Positions 39,201 through 49,556 of a DNA stretch of 64,000 nt are shown here, piece by piece. The DNA comes from Nostoc sp. GTDB lineage: Bacteria > Cyanobacteriota > Cyanobacteriia > Cyanobacteriales > Nostocaceae. Both the position numbers and the translations under genes were made by a program. Position 1 is the stretch's first letter. Each line of letters begins with the position of its first letter. The notes beneath the pieces are model-generated. The model made no database searches and was not told the DNA's origin. It saw only the letters and a program-made list of their open reading frames with translations. The stretch spans positions 1 through 64,000 of the forward strand of contig JBALDB010000033.1 of the NCBI GenBank assembly GCA_036918135.1. Reading direction: 5' to 3'.

Positions 39201-42200
39201 TGATGGGAGAAATTGAGCGTGGCTATCAATTTGGACAACTGGCACATTTGTTGCTCGAACAATTGAATGCTAAAGAAATGGTAGCTAGAGCTTATGTAGG
39301 AGTTCACTGTAGTGTCTGGCATTGGAAACAGCCGCTACACAACACCCTACCATTTCTCCGCAAAGGCTATGAAAGTGGACTGGAAACGGGAGATTTAGAA
39401 TCAGCGACTATTTGTGCATTTGTTTACGTCATGCACTCTTGGTTTATTGGCAAAGAATTGGGCGATTTAAGCTGGGAGAGTGCTGCCTTCCATGCTCAAC
39501 TGACTCAACTCAAACAGGAAGGACTTCTCAGCCATTTAACTATTTTTCAGCAAGCGATTTTAAATTTAATCGGCGATTCCCCTGAAGCATGGCAATTAAT
39601 TGGGAATGCCTTCGACCAAGAGCAAATGCTGCCTAGCATCCAGCGAGCAGGGGATCAGACAGCGCTGTGCTATTTCTATATCAGCAGACTTTTACTCTGC
39701 TATGGGTTTGCTCAATTTGAGCTAGCAGTTGAAGCGGCGATCGCTATCGAAAACTACTTGGGTGGTGCTACAGGATTATTTTTGGTTCCTGTTTTCCACA
39801 CCTATGACTCTTTAGCACATCTAGCTATCTATTCTCAGGTTTCACAGGCAAAACAACAAAGCATTCACCAACGGGTAATTGCCAATCAGGAAAAGCTGAA
39901 AAACTGGGCTAATCATGCCCCAGAAAATCACTTGCACAAATATTATTTAGTGGAAGCAGAACGGCAGCGGATTCTCGGCAACAAAGCTGAGGCGATTGAG
40001 TATTATGACCTTGCAATTACTTTCGCTCAGAAAAATCACTACCTCAATGAAGAGAGCCTTGCCAATGAACTCGCCGCCTGCTTTTACTTGGGGTGGGGTA
40101 AGGAGCAACTTGCTGGGGATTATTTGCTGAAAGCCTATTATGCCTATGCTCGTTGGGGAGCGAAAGCCAAAGTTGAGGATTTAGAACAACGTTATCCCCA
40201 ATTATTAGCTCCCGTACTGCAACAAGACAGAACCCAGTTGAAGCCTCATATCACAATTAGCGCGGCTGATAACGCTACTTTATCTCACCGAAGTCCTAGC
40301 AATTCCACCACCACTGGTACTGTTAGTGTGTCTGCCGCACTTGATTTAGGAACACTTTTCAAAGCTTCCCAAACACTATCTAGTGAAATTCATCTCGATA
40401 AACTGCTAGCCACATTACTGAATGTGTTAATTGAAAATGCTGGCGCAGATAAATGTGCTTTGTTACTACTCAAAGAACAAAAATTGCTAATTGAAGCAAT
40501 TACGATTGGACAGTCAACAACAGTTATGCAATCCCTAACCTTGGAAGATTCGCAGGAGTTGCCTATCTCACTGATTAACACTGTTAAACGTACCCTGCAA
40601 CCCTCAATAATCAACAACAGCACTACCCATCCATTAGTGATGGCTGATGCCTACATTATTCGCCAACAACCCAAGAGCTTGTTTTGTACGCCGATTAATT
40701 ATCAAGGCAAATTATTGGGAATTTTGTATCTGGAGAACAGCATAACCGCTGGAGTGTTTACAAACGATCGCGTCGAAATCATCAATCTACTTTGCACCCA
40801 AGCCGCGATCGCTTTAGAAAATGCCCGTCTTTTTCAGCAAGCTCAGACTTCTGCTCAACAATTACAGCGATCGCTTGCCCAACAAAAGACTTTGTTTAAT
40901 GTTGTTACCCAGATGCGAGAGTCGTTAGATTTGGATGCAATTTTCGGTGCAGCTACCCAAAATATTCGTCGCATTCTGAATGCAGATCGAGTTGGTATCT
41001 ATCATTTTAATCTCGAATCAAAGTATGAATACGGCGAATTTATAGCCGAAGATGTCTTACCTGCATTTCCTTCTGCCTTAGCTATGAAAATTCAAGATCA
41101 TTGTTTTGGTGAGGACTATGCAACTCTGTATAAAAAAGGTCGATTCTGTGTAATAGCTGATATCGAAACCGCTGATGTCCTAGACTGCCATCGGGCAATT
41201 TTACAGCAATTTTATATCAAAGCATCACTAGTTGTGGCGATTATGCAAGATGAAGAACTTTGGGGTTTGCTTTGCATTCACCAATGCGACCAACCTCGTC
41301 ACTGGCAAACTTCTGAGATTCAATTTGCCCAACAAATTGCTGCCCAAATGGGGGTTGCACTTAAACAAACGGATCTGTTGACCAAAACTCGCCAGCAAGC
41401 ATCCCAGCTAGAACATACACTTCAGCATCTTCAAGAAACTCAACTTCAGTTAGTACAAAATGAGAAGATGTCAGCGCTAGGAAATCTAGTGGCTGGAGTT
41501 GCTCACGAAATCAATAATCCCCTCAGTTTCATTATGGGCAACCTTAAACCAGCTAGAGAATATATCCAGGATGTGTTTGAACTGATTGATTTATATCAAC
41601 AGAAGCTACCAAATCCCGATCGTGAAATTGAGAACGAAATTGCAGCAATTGACTTAGACTATCTACGGGAAGATTTGCCAAAGTTATTAGATTCAATGAC
41701 ACTGGGTATTGACCGCATTCGTGATATCAGTATCAGTTTGCGAACTTTTTCTAGGGCTGACAAAGATTACAAAGTGCCATTCAATATTCATGAAGGTATT
41801 GATAGCACGATTCTGATTCTCAAGCACCGCTTGAAAGCCAACGAAAATCGTCCAGCAATTGAGGTAGTGAAGGACTATAACAAGCTACCTTTGGTAGAGT
41901 GTTTTGCCGGACAACTCAACCAAGTATTTATGAATTTGTTAGCGAATGCGATCGATGCTTTAGAGGAGTCGAATCAAGGACGCAGTTTTGCAAACATCCA
42001 AGCAAATCCAAATCAAATTACAATTCAAACTTGTCTACTAGAAGATGGACAGCATATTTTGATTCGGATTGCAGACAATGGTGTAGGAATAGCTGAGTCA
42101 GTGAAGCAACAGATATTTGATTATCTGTTCACTACTAAGTCAGTCGGTCAAGGAACAGGTTTAGGGTTGGCGATCGCTCGCCAAATTATCGTTGAGCGAC

Positions 42201-42316
42201 ATGGGGGAACGCTCAAGGTGGATTCTGTTCTAGGACAAGGAACAGAATTTATGATAGTGCTTCCTGTTGTGGTTAAACTGACTGCTGTTTCACCACAAGT
42301 AGAACATGAAATTTAA
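36284..42316 (+). CDS. Hybrid Ser/Thr kinase - AAA ATPase - 2xGAF - histidine kinase (HstK/Pkn41-42 type)
   Basis: ~2010 aa: HKDIKPTN, DFS, SPEQTGRMNR; GFSGIGKT; LDDLQWAD; two GAFs; AHEINNP; DNGVG; GTGLGL. Confidence 0.93.
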   Translation: MTTAIDRIYSISGYKLIETLYEGSKTEVYRAIRLVDLQAVVIKILRTEYPTFNELLQFRNQYTIAKNLNIPSIVCPYSLEAYRNGYALVMEDFGGISLREYTKTQSLELVEFFTIALQLSDILHSLHQERVIHKDIKPTNILINPQTKQVKLIDFSIASLLPRESQTLISPNVLEGTLAYLSPEQTGRMNRGIDYRSDFYSLGVTFFELLTGHLPFESDDPMELVHCHIAKQPPLLKNKAQGEEIPQVLCDIVMKLMAKNAEYRYQSALGLKHDLETCLWQLNETGKIQYFQIGQRDICDRFLIPEKLYGRETEVATLLQAFDRISAGSTEIMLVAGFSGIGKTAVVNEVHKPIVRQRGYFIKGKFDQFGRNIPFSAFVLALRDLMGQLLAETDTQLKQWQTKILSALGENGQVIIEVIPELERIIGKQPPAVELSGSAAQNRFRLLFVKFIQVLTTPEHPLVIFLDDLQWADSASLQLMQLLMSETEAGYLLLIGAYRDNEVTPAHPLMLTISDIAKTAAIVNTITLNPLQLFDLNHLIADSLSCSPTLAAPLTELIYRKTKGNPFFVTQFLKALYEEGWISFDTQRGFWQADIAQIQALTLTDDVVEFMVRQIQKLPTTTQSVLKLAACIGNCFDLATLAIVYEKSLTETAVDLWKALQEGLILPTSEVYKFFQNDNSGESCQLLMSREQLPNYKFLHDRVQQAAYSLIPQEQKQVTHLQIGQLLLSHTTVAQQDEKVFEIVNQLNIGKNLISEQTQQIELAQLNLKAGRKARAATAYIAAFEYFNTGIALLPPKPWQTEYELTLVLYEAATEAAYLSGNLEQMSQLAAVILEQASTLLDRVKVYEIKIQAAQAQHQFLEAVQIALEILEHLGISFPKQPSESDIAQACAVTNSILADRQALDLIALPQMSEPEKLAAIRILAGVSSCAYVVAPTLLPFLILEQVNLSVQYGNTSYSTNGYAYYGLMLCGVMGEIERGYQFGQLAHLLLEQLNAKEMVARAYVGVHCSVWHWKQPLHNTLPFLRKGYESGLETGDLESATICAFVYVMHSWFIGKELGDLSWESAAFHAQLTQLKQEGLLSHLTIFQQAILNLIGDSPEAWQLIGNAFDQEQMLPSIQRAGDQTALCYFYISRLLLCYGFAQFELAVEAAIAIENYLGGATGLFLVPVFHTYDSLAHLAIYSQVSQAKQQSIHQRVIANQEKLKNWANHAPENHLHKYYLVEAERQRILGNKAEAIEYYDLAITFAQKNHYLNEESLANELAACFYLGWGKEQLAGDYLLKAYYAYARWGAKAKVEDLEQRYPQLLAPVLQQDRTQLKPHITISAADNATLSHRSPSNSTTTGTVSVSAALDLGTLFKASQTLSSEIHLDKLLATLLNVLIENAGADKCALLLLKEQKLLIEAITIGQSTTVMQSLTLEDSQELPISLINTVKRTLQPSIINNSTTHPLVMADAYIIRQQPKSLFCTPINYQGKLLGILYLENSITAGVFTNDRVEIINLLCTQAAIALENARLFQQAQTSAQQLQRSLAQQKTLFNVVTQMRESLDLDAIFGAATQNIRRILNADRVGIYHFNLESKYEYGEFIAEDVLPAFPSALAMKIQDHCFGEDYATLYKKGRFCVIADIETADVLDCHRAILQQFYIKASLVVAIMQDEELWGLLCIHQCDQPRHWQTSEIQFAQQIAAQMGVALKQTDLLTKTRQQASQLEHTLQHLQETQLQLVQNEKMSALGNLVAGVAHEINNPLSFIMGNLKPAREYIQDVFELIDLYQQKLPNPDREIENEIAAIDLDYLREDLPKLLDSMTLGIDRIRDISISLRTFSRADKDYKVPFNIHEGIDSTILILKHRLKANENRPAIEVVKDYNKLPLVECFAGQLNQVFMNLLANAIDALEESNQGRSFANIQANPNQITIQTCLLEDGQHILIRIADNGVGIAESVKQQIFDYLFTTKSVGQGTGLGLAIARQIIVERHGGTLKVDSVLGQGTEFMIVLPVVVKLTAVSPQVEHEI

Positions 42317-42353
42317 AGAGAATATGGACGAGAAAATTCCAATTCATTCAATA

Positions 42354-42455
42354 GTAAGTAGGTCAATTTTGAAAAAAGTAAGATAGAATCTTTGCGATTA
42401 CTTGGCTTAACTCCGTTTTGCTCGTAATCACATTTAATTAGGTTGAGCTACTTAC
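42354..42455. mobile_element. MITE-like inverted-repeat element
   Basis: gtaagtaggtcaa ... ttgagctacttac (12/13 inverted match); related termini to the element at 47744. Confidence 0.5.
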
Positions 42456-42647
42456 CAACAACAAGTAGATAAAAACACAACTTTCTGGCAAACTTACCAA
42501 CCAGAATTTGTATATAGCCTATTACTACATAAAAGGATGTCAGACATGGGGCGAGTGACTCGCGAAGTGGATTGAGCTTAAAAGGAGGCAATATTTACCT
42601 CCTTTTTATTGGTTATTGAGATGCTGGCTGAAAACTACTATCTTTAA

Positions 42648-44306
42648 TTACTGCCACACAAATACTTTAGCTTCGTATGGTCCCAAATCAATGGTAATAC
42701 CATCATCACCAGCTTCAGCATCATAATTTGCTGTCCATTCGTGCCATGTACCAGCGCTAGGAAAGTTAGGAAGATGATAATCACCGAGAAAATTTTCTGA
42801 GAAATTGGCTACCACAACTACACGAGAACCCTCATCATTCCAACGGCTATAAGCTAACACTTTTGCTTCTGGATTTTCATGAATGAAATCAATATTTTCT
42901 GTGTAGAGAGCTTGATTACTTTTACGCAGGTTGATTAAGCCTTTGTAATATTCAAATAAACCACGATTTAAATCATTACCCAATAGTGTCCAGTCAATTT
43001 TAGCTGATTCGGGTTGATTCGGTTTGTACTCACCAAATTCCTCTCCCATCCAAATTAAAGGTACACCAACAGCAGTCATTAGGATAGCAACTCCTAATTT
43101 AATCCGCCTAAAGGCTTCTTCATCAAAAATCTCACGGTTCCCTAGTTCTACCATGAGATGATTATGGTCGTGATTGGTGAGATAATTTACGACATTAATA
43201 GCACCCAAGAAACCTTGACGTTTGCAGTCAATAACATCTTTGAGACGCTCTAAATCAAATGTATCACCACAGATATGCTCTAAAATGCAGTGATAAAAAC
43301 TGTCATGCCAGCAACCATCCATCGGCCCATCAAAATTGGTAATGCTGGTAGTTTCAGGAATGTGTTCTGCGACATTATAAAAAGGCTTTGGTCCAGCAAC
43401 ATTTTTGGCTTCTTGCACAATCCAGTGCATGAAATCATAGTTAGCAATTTGCCGTGCTGCATCATAACGAATACCATCGAGATGATATTGCCCAATCCAA
43501 TAACGCACTGTATCACCAATAAATTTACGTGCCGGAAAAATATCTAAGTTTTCGTCGTAATGTTCATAGTTAAACTCAGGCCCCCAGTTATTATCAGGAT
43601 CGCGAGGCGAGTGATGATACCAATAATCATGGTCAATTTGTGTTAGCGGACTAGATGCTTCCGAATGGTTATAAATACCATCAATAATTACACGAATGCC
43701 TCTACCATGACACTCATCAATTAAATTTTTCAATCCAGCAATGGAACCATAGCTTGATTCTGTGGCAAAGAAGTGGCGGGGATTGTAACCCCAGCTATAG
43801 TCACCAGGATATTCTTTTAGTGGCATCAACTCAATAGCATTGATTCCTAATTCAGATAAATAATCTAACTTTTCTACGACATGTTTGTATTTGCCTCGTG
43901 CATAAGGATCGTCTTCACCACCAGAAAAATCACCAACATGCAGTTCATAAATTACTAATTCGCGATCGGCAGGTAAGGGTTTATCGTCATGTTGCCAAAC
44001 ATAGGTATCAGTAATTCTTTTTCCATCTTTGATGCAGACAACACCGTCATCTTTTCCCCCCATTTCATCTATATCAGTTGCATAGGGATCTGTGATATCA
44101 ACCCATTGTTCTGGCTCAAAAAACCATGAATTTGATTGGACGCGGAATTTATATTGATAAACGCCGTCTTCTAATTCAACACTTGTGCGGAAATAACCAT
44201 CCTCACCTTTTTCCATTGGAATTTCTTGCCAATCAGAAAAAGAACCAATTAATGCGGCTCCTTTGTTATAGGGTGCAAATAAGTTAAATTCAATTGGCTT
44301 TGCCAT
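42648..44306 (-). CDS. GH13 alpha-amylase family glycoside hydrolase with N-terminal CBM48
   Basis: IYELHVGDF, SWGYNP, DGIYNH, DGIRYDAA, AEH, NHDH, PLIWMGEEFG. Confidence 0.9.
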   Translation of the reverse strand: MAKPIEFNLFAPYNKGAALIGSFSDWQEIPMEKGEDGYFRTSVELEDGVYQYKFRVQSNSWFFEPEQWVDITDPYATDIDEMGGKDDGVVCIKDGKRITDTYVWQHDDKPLPADRELVIYELHVGDFSGGEDDPYARGKYKHVVEKLDYLSELGINAIELMPLKEYPGDYSWGYNPRHFFATESSYGSIAGLKNLIDECHGRGIRVIIDGIYNHSEASSPLTQIDHDYWYHHSPRDPDNNWGPEFNYEHYDENLDIFPARKFIGDTVRYWIGQYHLDGIRYDAARQIANYDFMHWIVQEAKNVAGPKPFYNVAEHIPETTSITNFDGPMDGCWHDSFYHCILEHICGDTFDLERLKDVIDCKRQGFLGAINVVNYLTNHDHNHLMVELGNREIFDEEAFRRIKLGVAILMTAVGVPLIWMGEEFGEYKPNQPESAKIDWTLLGNDLNRGLFEYYKGLINLRKSNQALYTENIDFIHENPEAKVLAYSRWNDEGSRVVVVANFSENFLGDYHLPNFPSAGTWHEWTANYDAEAGDDGITIDLGPYEAKVFVWQ

Positions 44307-44644
44307 AGAAGTGTTTGTCAGCTCAAGGATTGATAAAAGCATTCTCTAATGATTAATTAAATTTGCGAATCACTCTACAGAATGAATTGAATAAGTAATG
44401 CTTCTACCTTCAGGAATAATTAATTGAAGAATTTCAAATTAGCTATTTTTTGACTTTTAAATTTGTTTTACTATTATTTTAATTAAAATTTTCTCTACAA
44501 AGTAAAATTACTTTCAGCAAGACAAATAATAAAATAAAAACTTTGAATCTTTTTCATAGTGTTGCTATAAAAAATTACTTACTAATTTAACTAATCTGAA
44601 TTAATTTATGGATATTGAGTTTATTATTTTTATATTTTCAATTG

Positions 44645-45022
44645 CTAATTAATTTTATCAGTATTTTGTTGTAAATAACTTAACAACCAACCCGCTGCCG
44701 TTGCTCTACGAGTTTGTCGAGGGCCAAATTCACCAATTTTGTAACCTTTGAAACCCAGTTTTTGCTTGAGTAATTGTTTATTTTCGGTAGGAATGGAACG
44801 AGTTAATTTGACTGTTGCAGGGCGAGAGTCGATAAAATCTGGTGGTTGTGGGTACTCATTGTGCCATTCTGGTGCAACTTGGCTAGTGTCCCATTGTGTA
44901 GTTGATGGGTTATAACGATAGCCTAAATAATGCCATAGCAACTGATTAACTGTCGCATCATCTAGTTCCTCGTTGAGAATTGCCCAAATTGTTTCTGTAT
45001 TGAGTGGTGGCAGATTAGACAT
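44645..45022 (-). CDS. DUF1823 family protein
   Basis: LLWHYLGYRY, YPQPPDFI, RPATVKLTRSIP, LGFKGY, TRRATAAGWLL. Confidence 0.85.
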   Translation of the reverse strand: MSNLPPLNTETIWAILNEELDDATVNQLLWHYLGYRYNPSTTQWDTSQVAPEWHNEYPQPPDFIDSRPATVKLTRSIPTENKQLLKQKLGFKGYKIGEFGPRQTRRATAAGWLLSYLQQNTDKIN

Positions 45023-45297
45023 AAGTACGTAAGAATTCAGTATCCATAAATCAGAATATAATAAAACTTTGATACCCAAGCTTAACAATTTTGAATGAAA
45101 TTATTAAGCTATAACACCCTTGACGATCGCGATCGCACCCAATACAAGCACTGCAATTAAGACACTCAAGACCGCAACTATACATATCACAGCCAAGACG
45201 AAGATGAAGAGTGCGATTAATTTCGCAAGTTAAAGCTAAAAACAGGTTGTGTATACAAAACTAGGTAGACTGGAAATCGTAAAGAATAGACCAGTCT

Positions 45298-45600
45298 ATG
45301 CACAATCCTACACCACCGCCAAAGATTGTCCGCGCCCACGTATTTATTTCTGGCCAAGTCCAAGGAGTGGGCTTTCGCTACGCCACCATCGATACGGCTA
45401 CTCAGTTAGGATTAACTGGTTGGGTGCGGAATCTCCCCGAAAGTCGAGTAGAAGCAGTTTTTGAAGGGGCGCGACAGGTTGTAGATGAAATGGTTCGCTG
45501 GTGTCACTCTGGGCCACCTGCTGCTGTAGTAAAAGAGGTTTTGGTGGAGTACGAAGAACCAGAAGGCTTGCGAGGATTTGAAGTTAAGCGAGGTAAATAG
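45298..45600 (+). CDS. acyP: Acylphosphatase
   Basis: ISGQVQGVGFR and GWVRNL signatures, GPPAA. Confidence 0.93.
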   Translation: MHNPTPPPKIVRAHVFISGQVQGVGFRYATIDTATQLGLTGWVRNLPESRVEAVFEGARQVVDEMVRWCHSGPPAAVVKEVLVEYEEPEGLRGFEVKRGK

Positions 45601-45789
45601 CTAAATGCAAAGATTTTCACAGCCAAAGAGACACTAAGGGGAGCGATCGCTGTTTGCTATCGCTAAAATTGGGGTATAAGTGCCAGATTTGTGAATGCAA
45701 CCCGCTTTAAAGGGATATGACGATGGCTTCAAAGAAATCATTACACTTAAGTTAGTTGCCCTGCTAGCATTGACCGTCCCATAGAATCG

Positions 45790-46983
45790 ATGACTCAACA
45801 AACTTCAAGAATCTGCATCCTTGGTGGAGGCTTTGGTGGTCTCTACACAGCCTTGCGTCTAAGCCAGTTACCTTGGGAATCTACGCAAAAACCCGAAATT
45901 GTTTTGGTAGATCAAAGCGATCGCTTTTTATTTTCTCCTTTTCTTTACGAATTACTCACTGGCGAACTGCAAACCTGGGAAATTGCCCCACCATTTACAG
46001 AACTTTTACAGAGTACGGGGGTGCGTTTTTATCAAGGAGTGGTAGCTGGAATTGATATCGACCAGCAACGGGTAGATTTACACGAAGGGCCCCAAATCCC
46101 TTACGACCGATTAGTGCTGGCGTTAGGAGGAGAGACACCACTAGATTTAGTACCTGGGGCGACAGCCTACGCTTATTCATTTCGGACAATTTCTGACGCC
46201 TATCGTTTAGAAGAACGCCTGCGATTTTTAGAAGAATCCGATGCTGATAAAATTCGAGTGGCGATCGTTGGAGCTGGTTACAGTGGTGTAGAGTTAGCTT
46301 GTAAGTTAGCCGACAGACTAGGTGAAAGAGGACGCTTTCGGCTCGTTGAAATCGCCGACCAAATCTTACGAACTTCCCCAGAATTTAACCGTGAAGCAGC
46401 AAAGAAAGCTTTAGATGCGCGTGGTGTGTTTCTCGATTTAGAAACCAAAGTAGAATCAATCGGGGAAGATACCATCTCCCTAGAATATAAAAATCAGGTA
46501 GATACAATTCCCGTTGAATTAGTAATTTGGACTGTGGGAACACGAGTTGCACCAGTAGTAAAATCGCTTCCCCTCAAGCAAAATCAGCGCGGTCAAATCA
46601 CCACTACATCGAATCTGCAAGTCTTTGAGCATCCAGAAATCTTTGCCTTAGGAGATTTAGCAGACTGTCATGATGCACAAGGACAGCAAGTCCCCGCTAC
46701 CGCTCAAGCAGCTTTCCAACAAGCTGATTATGCTGCTTGGAATATCTGGGCTTCTTTTACCAATCGTCCCCTACTTCCCTTCCACTATCAACACTTAGGA
46801 GAAATGATGGCATTGGGGACAGACAACGCCACCCTCACTGGCTTAGGAATCAAACTAGAAGGGCCTTTGGCATACATCGGTCGTCGTCTTGCTTATTTAT
46901 ATAGGTTGCCAACTTTAGACTATCAACTCAAAGTTGGTTTTAATTGGCTAGTCCGTCCTATTATAGAAACACTTTCTAAATAA
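45790..46983 (+). CDS. ndbB: Type II NAD(P)H dehydrogenase (NdbB/NDC1-like)
   Basis: ILGGGFGGLYTAL, IVGAGYSGVELA, FALGDLA, ATAQAAFQQA, LGEMMALG. Confidence 0.75.
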   Translation: MTQQTSRICILGGGFGGLYTALRLSQLPWESTQKPEIVLVDQSDRFLFSPFLYELLTGELQTWEIAPPFTELLQSTGVRFYQGVVAGIDIDQQRVDLHEGPQIPYDRLVLALGGETPLDLVPGATAYAYSFRTISDAYRLEERLRFLEESDADKIRVAIVGAGYSGVELACKLADRLGERGRFRLVEIADQILRTSPEFNREAAKKALDARGVFLDLETKVESIGEDTISLEYKNQVDTIPVELVIWTVGTRVAPVVKSLPLKQNQRGQITTTSNLQVFEHPEIFALGDLADCHDAQGQQVPATAQAAFQQADYAAWNIWASFTNRPLLPFHYQHLGEMMALGTDNATLTGLGIKLEGPLAYIGRRLAYLYRLPTLDYQLKVGFNWLVRPIIETLSK

Positions 46984-47090
46984 GCATTGGGTATTGGGAG
47001 TGGGGAGATAGGGAGATGGGGAGATGGGCGAAACTACGCCCACCACCCCACCACCCCACACTCCCAATGTCCCCGTCCCCAGTCCCCATT

Positions 47091-47738
47091 ATGGAACAAC
47101 CAAAAGTTATTTTTTTAGATGCTGTGGGCACACTCTTTGACGTTAAAGGCAGTGTGGGTGATGTTTACAGTCAGATAGCCGAAGAATTCGGCGTTAGAGT
47201 TTCTGGCGACACATTAAATACAACCTTCATCCAAAGCTTTAAAGCAGCACCGCCCCCCATATTTCCAGATGCAGAACTAGAAGATATTCCCCAGCGTGAG
47301 TTTGATTGGTGGCGGATAATTGCCTTGAATACTTTTGAACGTGCAGGGGTTCTCAAGCAATTTTCTGACTTTTCAGCTTTTTTTAGTGAATTGTATATCC
47401 ACTTTGGGACTGGTGAACCGTGGTTCGTTTATCCTGATGTCATACCAGCTTTAATGAACTGGCGACACTTGGGAGTTACTTTAGGGGTACTGTCCAATTT
47501 TGATTCTCGGATTTACTCTGTATTACAAAGTTTGGGATTAAGAGATTTTTTTAGTTCTATCACCATTTCTACTCAGGTACGTGCAGCTAAACCCGATCCT
47601 CAAATTTTTGCCATAGCCTTAAACAAACATAAATGTTCTCCAGAGGCAGCATGGCATGTTGGTGATAGCATCGTTGAAGATTATTACGGAGCTAAAGCAG
47701 CTGGTTTGAGAGGTGTTTGGATTAACCGTGGGAAGTGA
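47091..47738 (+). CDS. HAD-IA family hydrolase (REG-2-like)
   Basis: FLDAVGTL, VLSNFD, AKPDPQIF, HVGDS..EDY.GA. Confidence 0.9.
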   Translation: MEQPKVIFLDAVGTLFDVKGSVGDVYSQIAEEFGVRVSGDTLNTTFIQSFKAAPPPIFPDAELEDIPQREFDWWRIIALNTFERAGVLKQFSDFSAFFSELYIHFGTGEPWFVYPDVIPALMNWRHLGVTLGVLSNFDSRIYSVLQSLGLRDFFSSITISTQVRAAKPDPQIFAIALNKHKCSPEAAWHVGDSIVEDYYGAKAAGLRGVWINRGK

Positions 47739-47743
47739 CAGAC

Positions 47744-47869
47744 ATAAGTAGGTCGGTGTGAATCTTTATTGTTGGGATGAGGCAGGGGGCAGGGGGCAGG
47801 AGGAAAGACGGTTTTAGCCTAGCTAATTTTTCTTCACATAGTTTGGTTTTATTGTACCGACTTACTTAT
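47744..47869. mobile_element. MITE-like element with internal short repeats
   Basis: ataagtaggtcggt ... accgacttacttat (13/14 inverted match), internal ggcaggg repeats. Confidence 0.6.
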
Positions 47870-48054
47870 TTTTGTGATTGTAGAGGAAAACAAATCCTAC
47901 AATCTTTACTCACTATTGCGAACCACTGAAGAGGCTTTTGGGATCTACGAGTACCTAAAGCAAGCGGGCGACATAGCTAAAGGAGTTCAGCCGATGACGC
48001 CCCTGTTTGAAAAGAAATAGATATGGGGCATGGGGCATGAGAATTGAGGTTCTA

Positions 48055-48243
48055 AACTCCATTAATGAGGCTTTGAACTCCATTAATGAGGCTTTGAACT
48101 CCATTAATGAGGCTTTGAGCTTCATTAATGAGGCTTTGAGCTTCATTAATGAGGCTTTGAACTCCATTAATGAGGCTTTGAACTCCATTAATGAGTCTTT
48201 AAACTCCATTAATGAGTGTTTGAACTCCATTAATCAGCCTTTG
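48055..48243. repeat. Tandem 21-bp repeat, about 9 copies
   Basis: Unit aactccattaatgaggctttg repeated head-to-tail with minor variants and no spacers. Confidence 0.95.
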
Positions 48244-48377
48244 AGAGAAATAAACAACTCTCTATATAGACTTGTCTGTTAATCACCAGTCCCTAATGCC
48301 CAATGCTCAATGCTGCCCTAACACTCGTATGATCGAGATATCAGCAAAATATAACAACCAGATTTTTACCGTAAAAC

Positions 48378-49238
48378 ATGGGCAGTATTTGGGAAATCGA
48401 TTTTTACTCTCGTCCGATTTTAGACGCCAATCAAAAAAAAGTTTGGGAAGTCTTAGTCTGTGAAAGTCCCTTGGATACAAACACAAAAGCAGATTCTTTA
48501 TTTCGCTATGCTCAATATTGCCCCAGTACCCAGGTAAATTCGGGCTGGTTGCGGACTGCATTACAGGAGGCTATTGACCAAGCTGGAAAAGCGCCAATTA
48601 AAATTCGCTTTTTCCGCCGCCAAATGAATAATATGATTACCAAAGCTTGCCAAGACTTGGGGATTCCCGCCCAGCCTAGCCGCCGTACTTTGGTTCTCAA
48701 CCAATGGTTAGAACAGCGGATGCAAGAAGTGTATCCTCAAGAACCTGGATATCAAGGCGGAACTAATCCCTCAGTACGATTGGAGAAACCTTTGCCGCAA
48801 CGTTTGCCAGATGCTTTGGAAGGACAGCAGTGGGTATTTGTGAGCTTAACAGCCGAGGATTTAGCAGAGATGCCAGAGTGGGAAATTAGCTTTGGTGAAG
48901 CTTTTCCGCTAGAGTTTGCACAAGTATCACCTGAAACCCGTATTCCTGGTGTTTTGATTTTCTCATCTAGAGCGTTGCCTTTGGCGGGCTGGATGTCTGG
49001 TTTGGAGTTGGCTTTTTTGAAAGCTGACACTAGTCAAGAGGCGAAATTGCTTTTAGAAACTGGTGTTACTGAAAGCTGGATTGTGGCAAATATCAAAAAA
49101 CCTCAAATTTTAGCAGAAGCTAAAGGTTTTGAACAAGCCAAGCAAAAAGCTAATGGAGTGCATTTTCTAGGCGTACAGTCCAATCCTCAAGCCGAATCAT
49201 TTGCTGGTTTTTGGCTGTTGCAAGAGGTCAATCTTTGA
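48378..49238 (+). CDS. Tab2/Atab2-family RNA-binding protein (DUF1092)
   Basis: WEIDFYSRP..KKVWEVL, VNSGWL, IRFFRRQM, PSRRT, LAGWMSGLE, FAGFWLL. Confidence 0.9.
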   Translation: MGSIWEIDFYSRPILDANQKKVWEVLVCESPLDTNTKADSLFRYAQYCPSTQVNSGWLRTALQEAIDQAGKAPIKIRFFRRQMNNMITKACQDLGIPAQPSRRTLVLNQWLEQRMQEVYPQEPGYQGGTNPSVRLEKPLPQRLPDALEGQQWVFVSLTAEDLAEMPEWEISFGEAFPLEFAQVSPETRIPGVLIFSSRALPLAGWMSGLELAFLKADTSQEAKLLLETGVTESWIVANIKKPQILAEAKGFEQAKQKANGVHFLGVQSNPQAESFAGFWLLQEVNL

Positions 49239-49299
49239 AAAAGGGGATTGGGGACTGGGGAAGATAAGGGGAATAACTAACGACAAATGACAAAAGACA

Positions 49300-49556
49300 A
49301 ATGACAAAGCGCAAAGTCTGTACACGCTTCTGCGGCTTCTCGCAGGGTGTGCTGGCTTCCAGCGTAGACGCCCGAAGGGCGGCTTGTCGTCAGACATCGG
49401 AACTTTGTAAGAGAGGACTAATGACAAAGGACTAATGACAAAGCGCAAAGTCTGTACACGCTTCTGCGGCTTCCTGCAGGGTGCGCTGGCTTCCAGCGTA
49501 GACGCCCGAAGGGCGGCTTGTCGTCAGACATCAGAACTTTGCAAGAGAGGACTAAT
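49300..49556. repeat. Tandem duplication of a ~123-bp composite repeat (SDR-like core, heptamer-repeat flanks)
   Basis: Copies at about 49300-49422 and 49434-49556 share gcgcaaagtctgtacacgcttctgcggctt...gcgtagacgcccgaagggcggcttgtcgtcagacatc; flanked by aatgaca repeats. Confidence 0.85.

Noticed and set aside
48055..48243. Possible CRISPR array
   Set aside because: Units are contiguous 21-mers with no unique spacers and there are no cas genes; it is a tandem repeat.
49300..49556. Possible CRISPR mini-array or tRNA/ncRNA
   Set aside because: The whole unit is duplicated, including the would-be spacer, and no tRNA cloverleaf or T-loop is evident.
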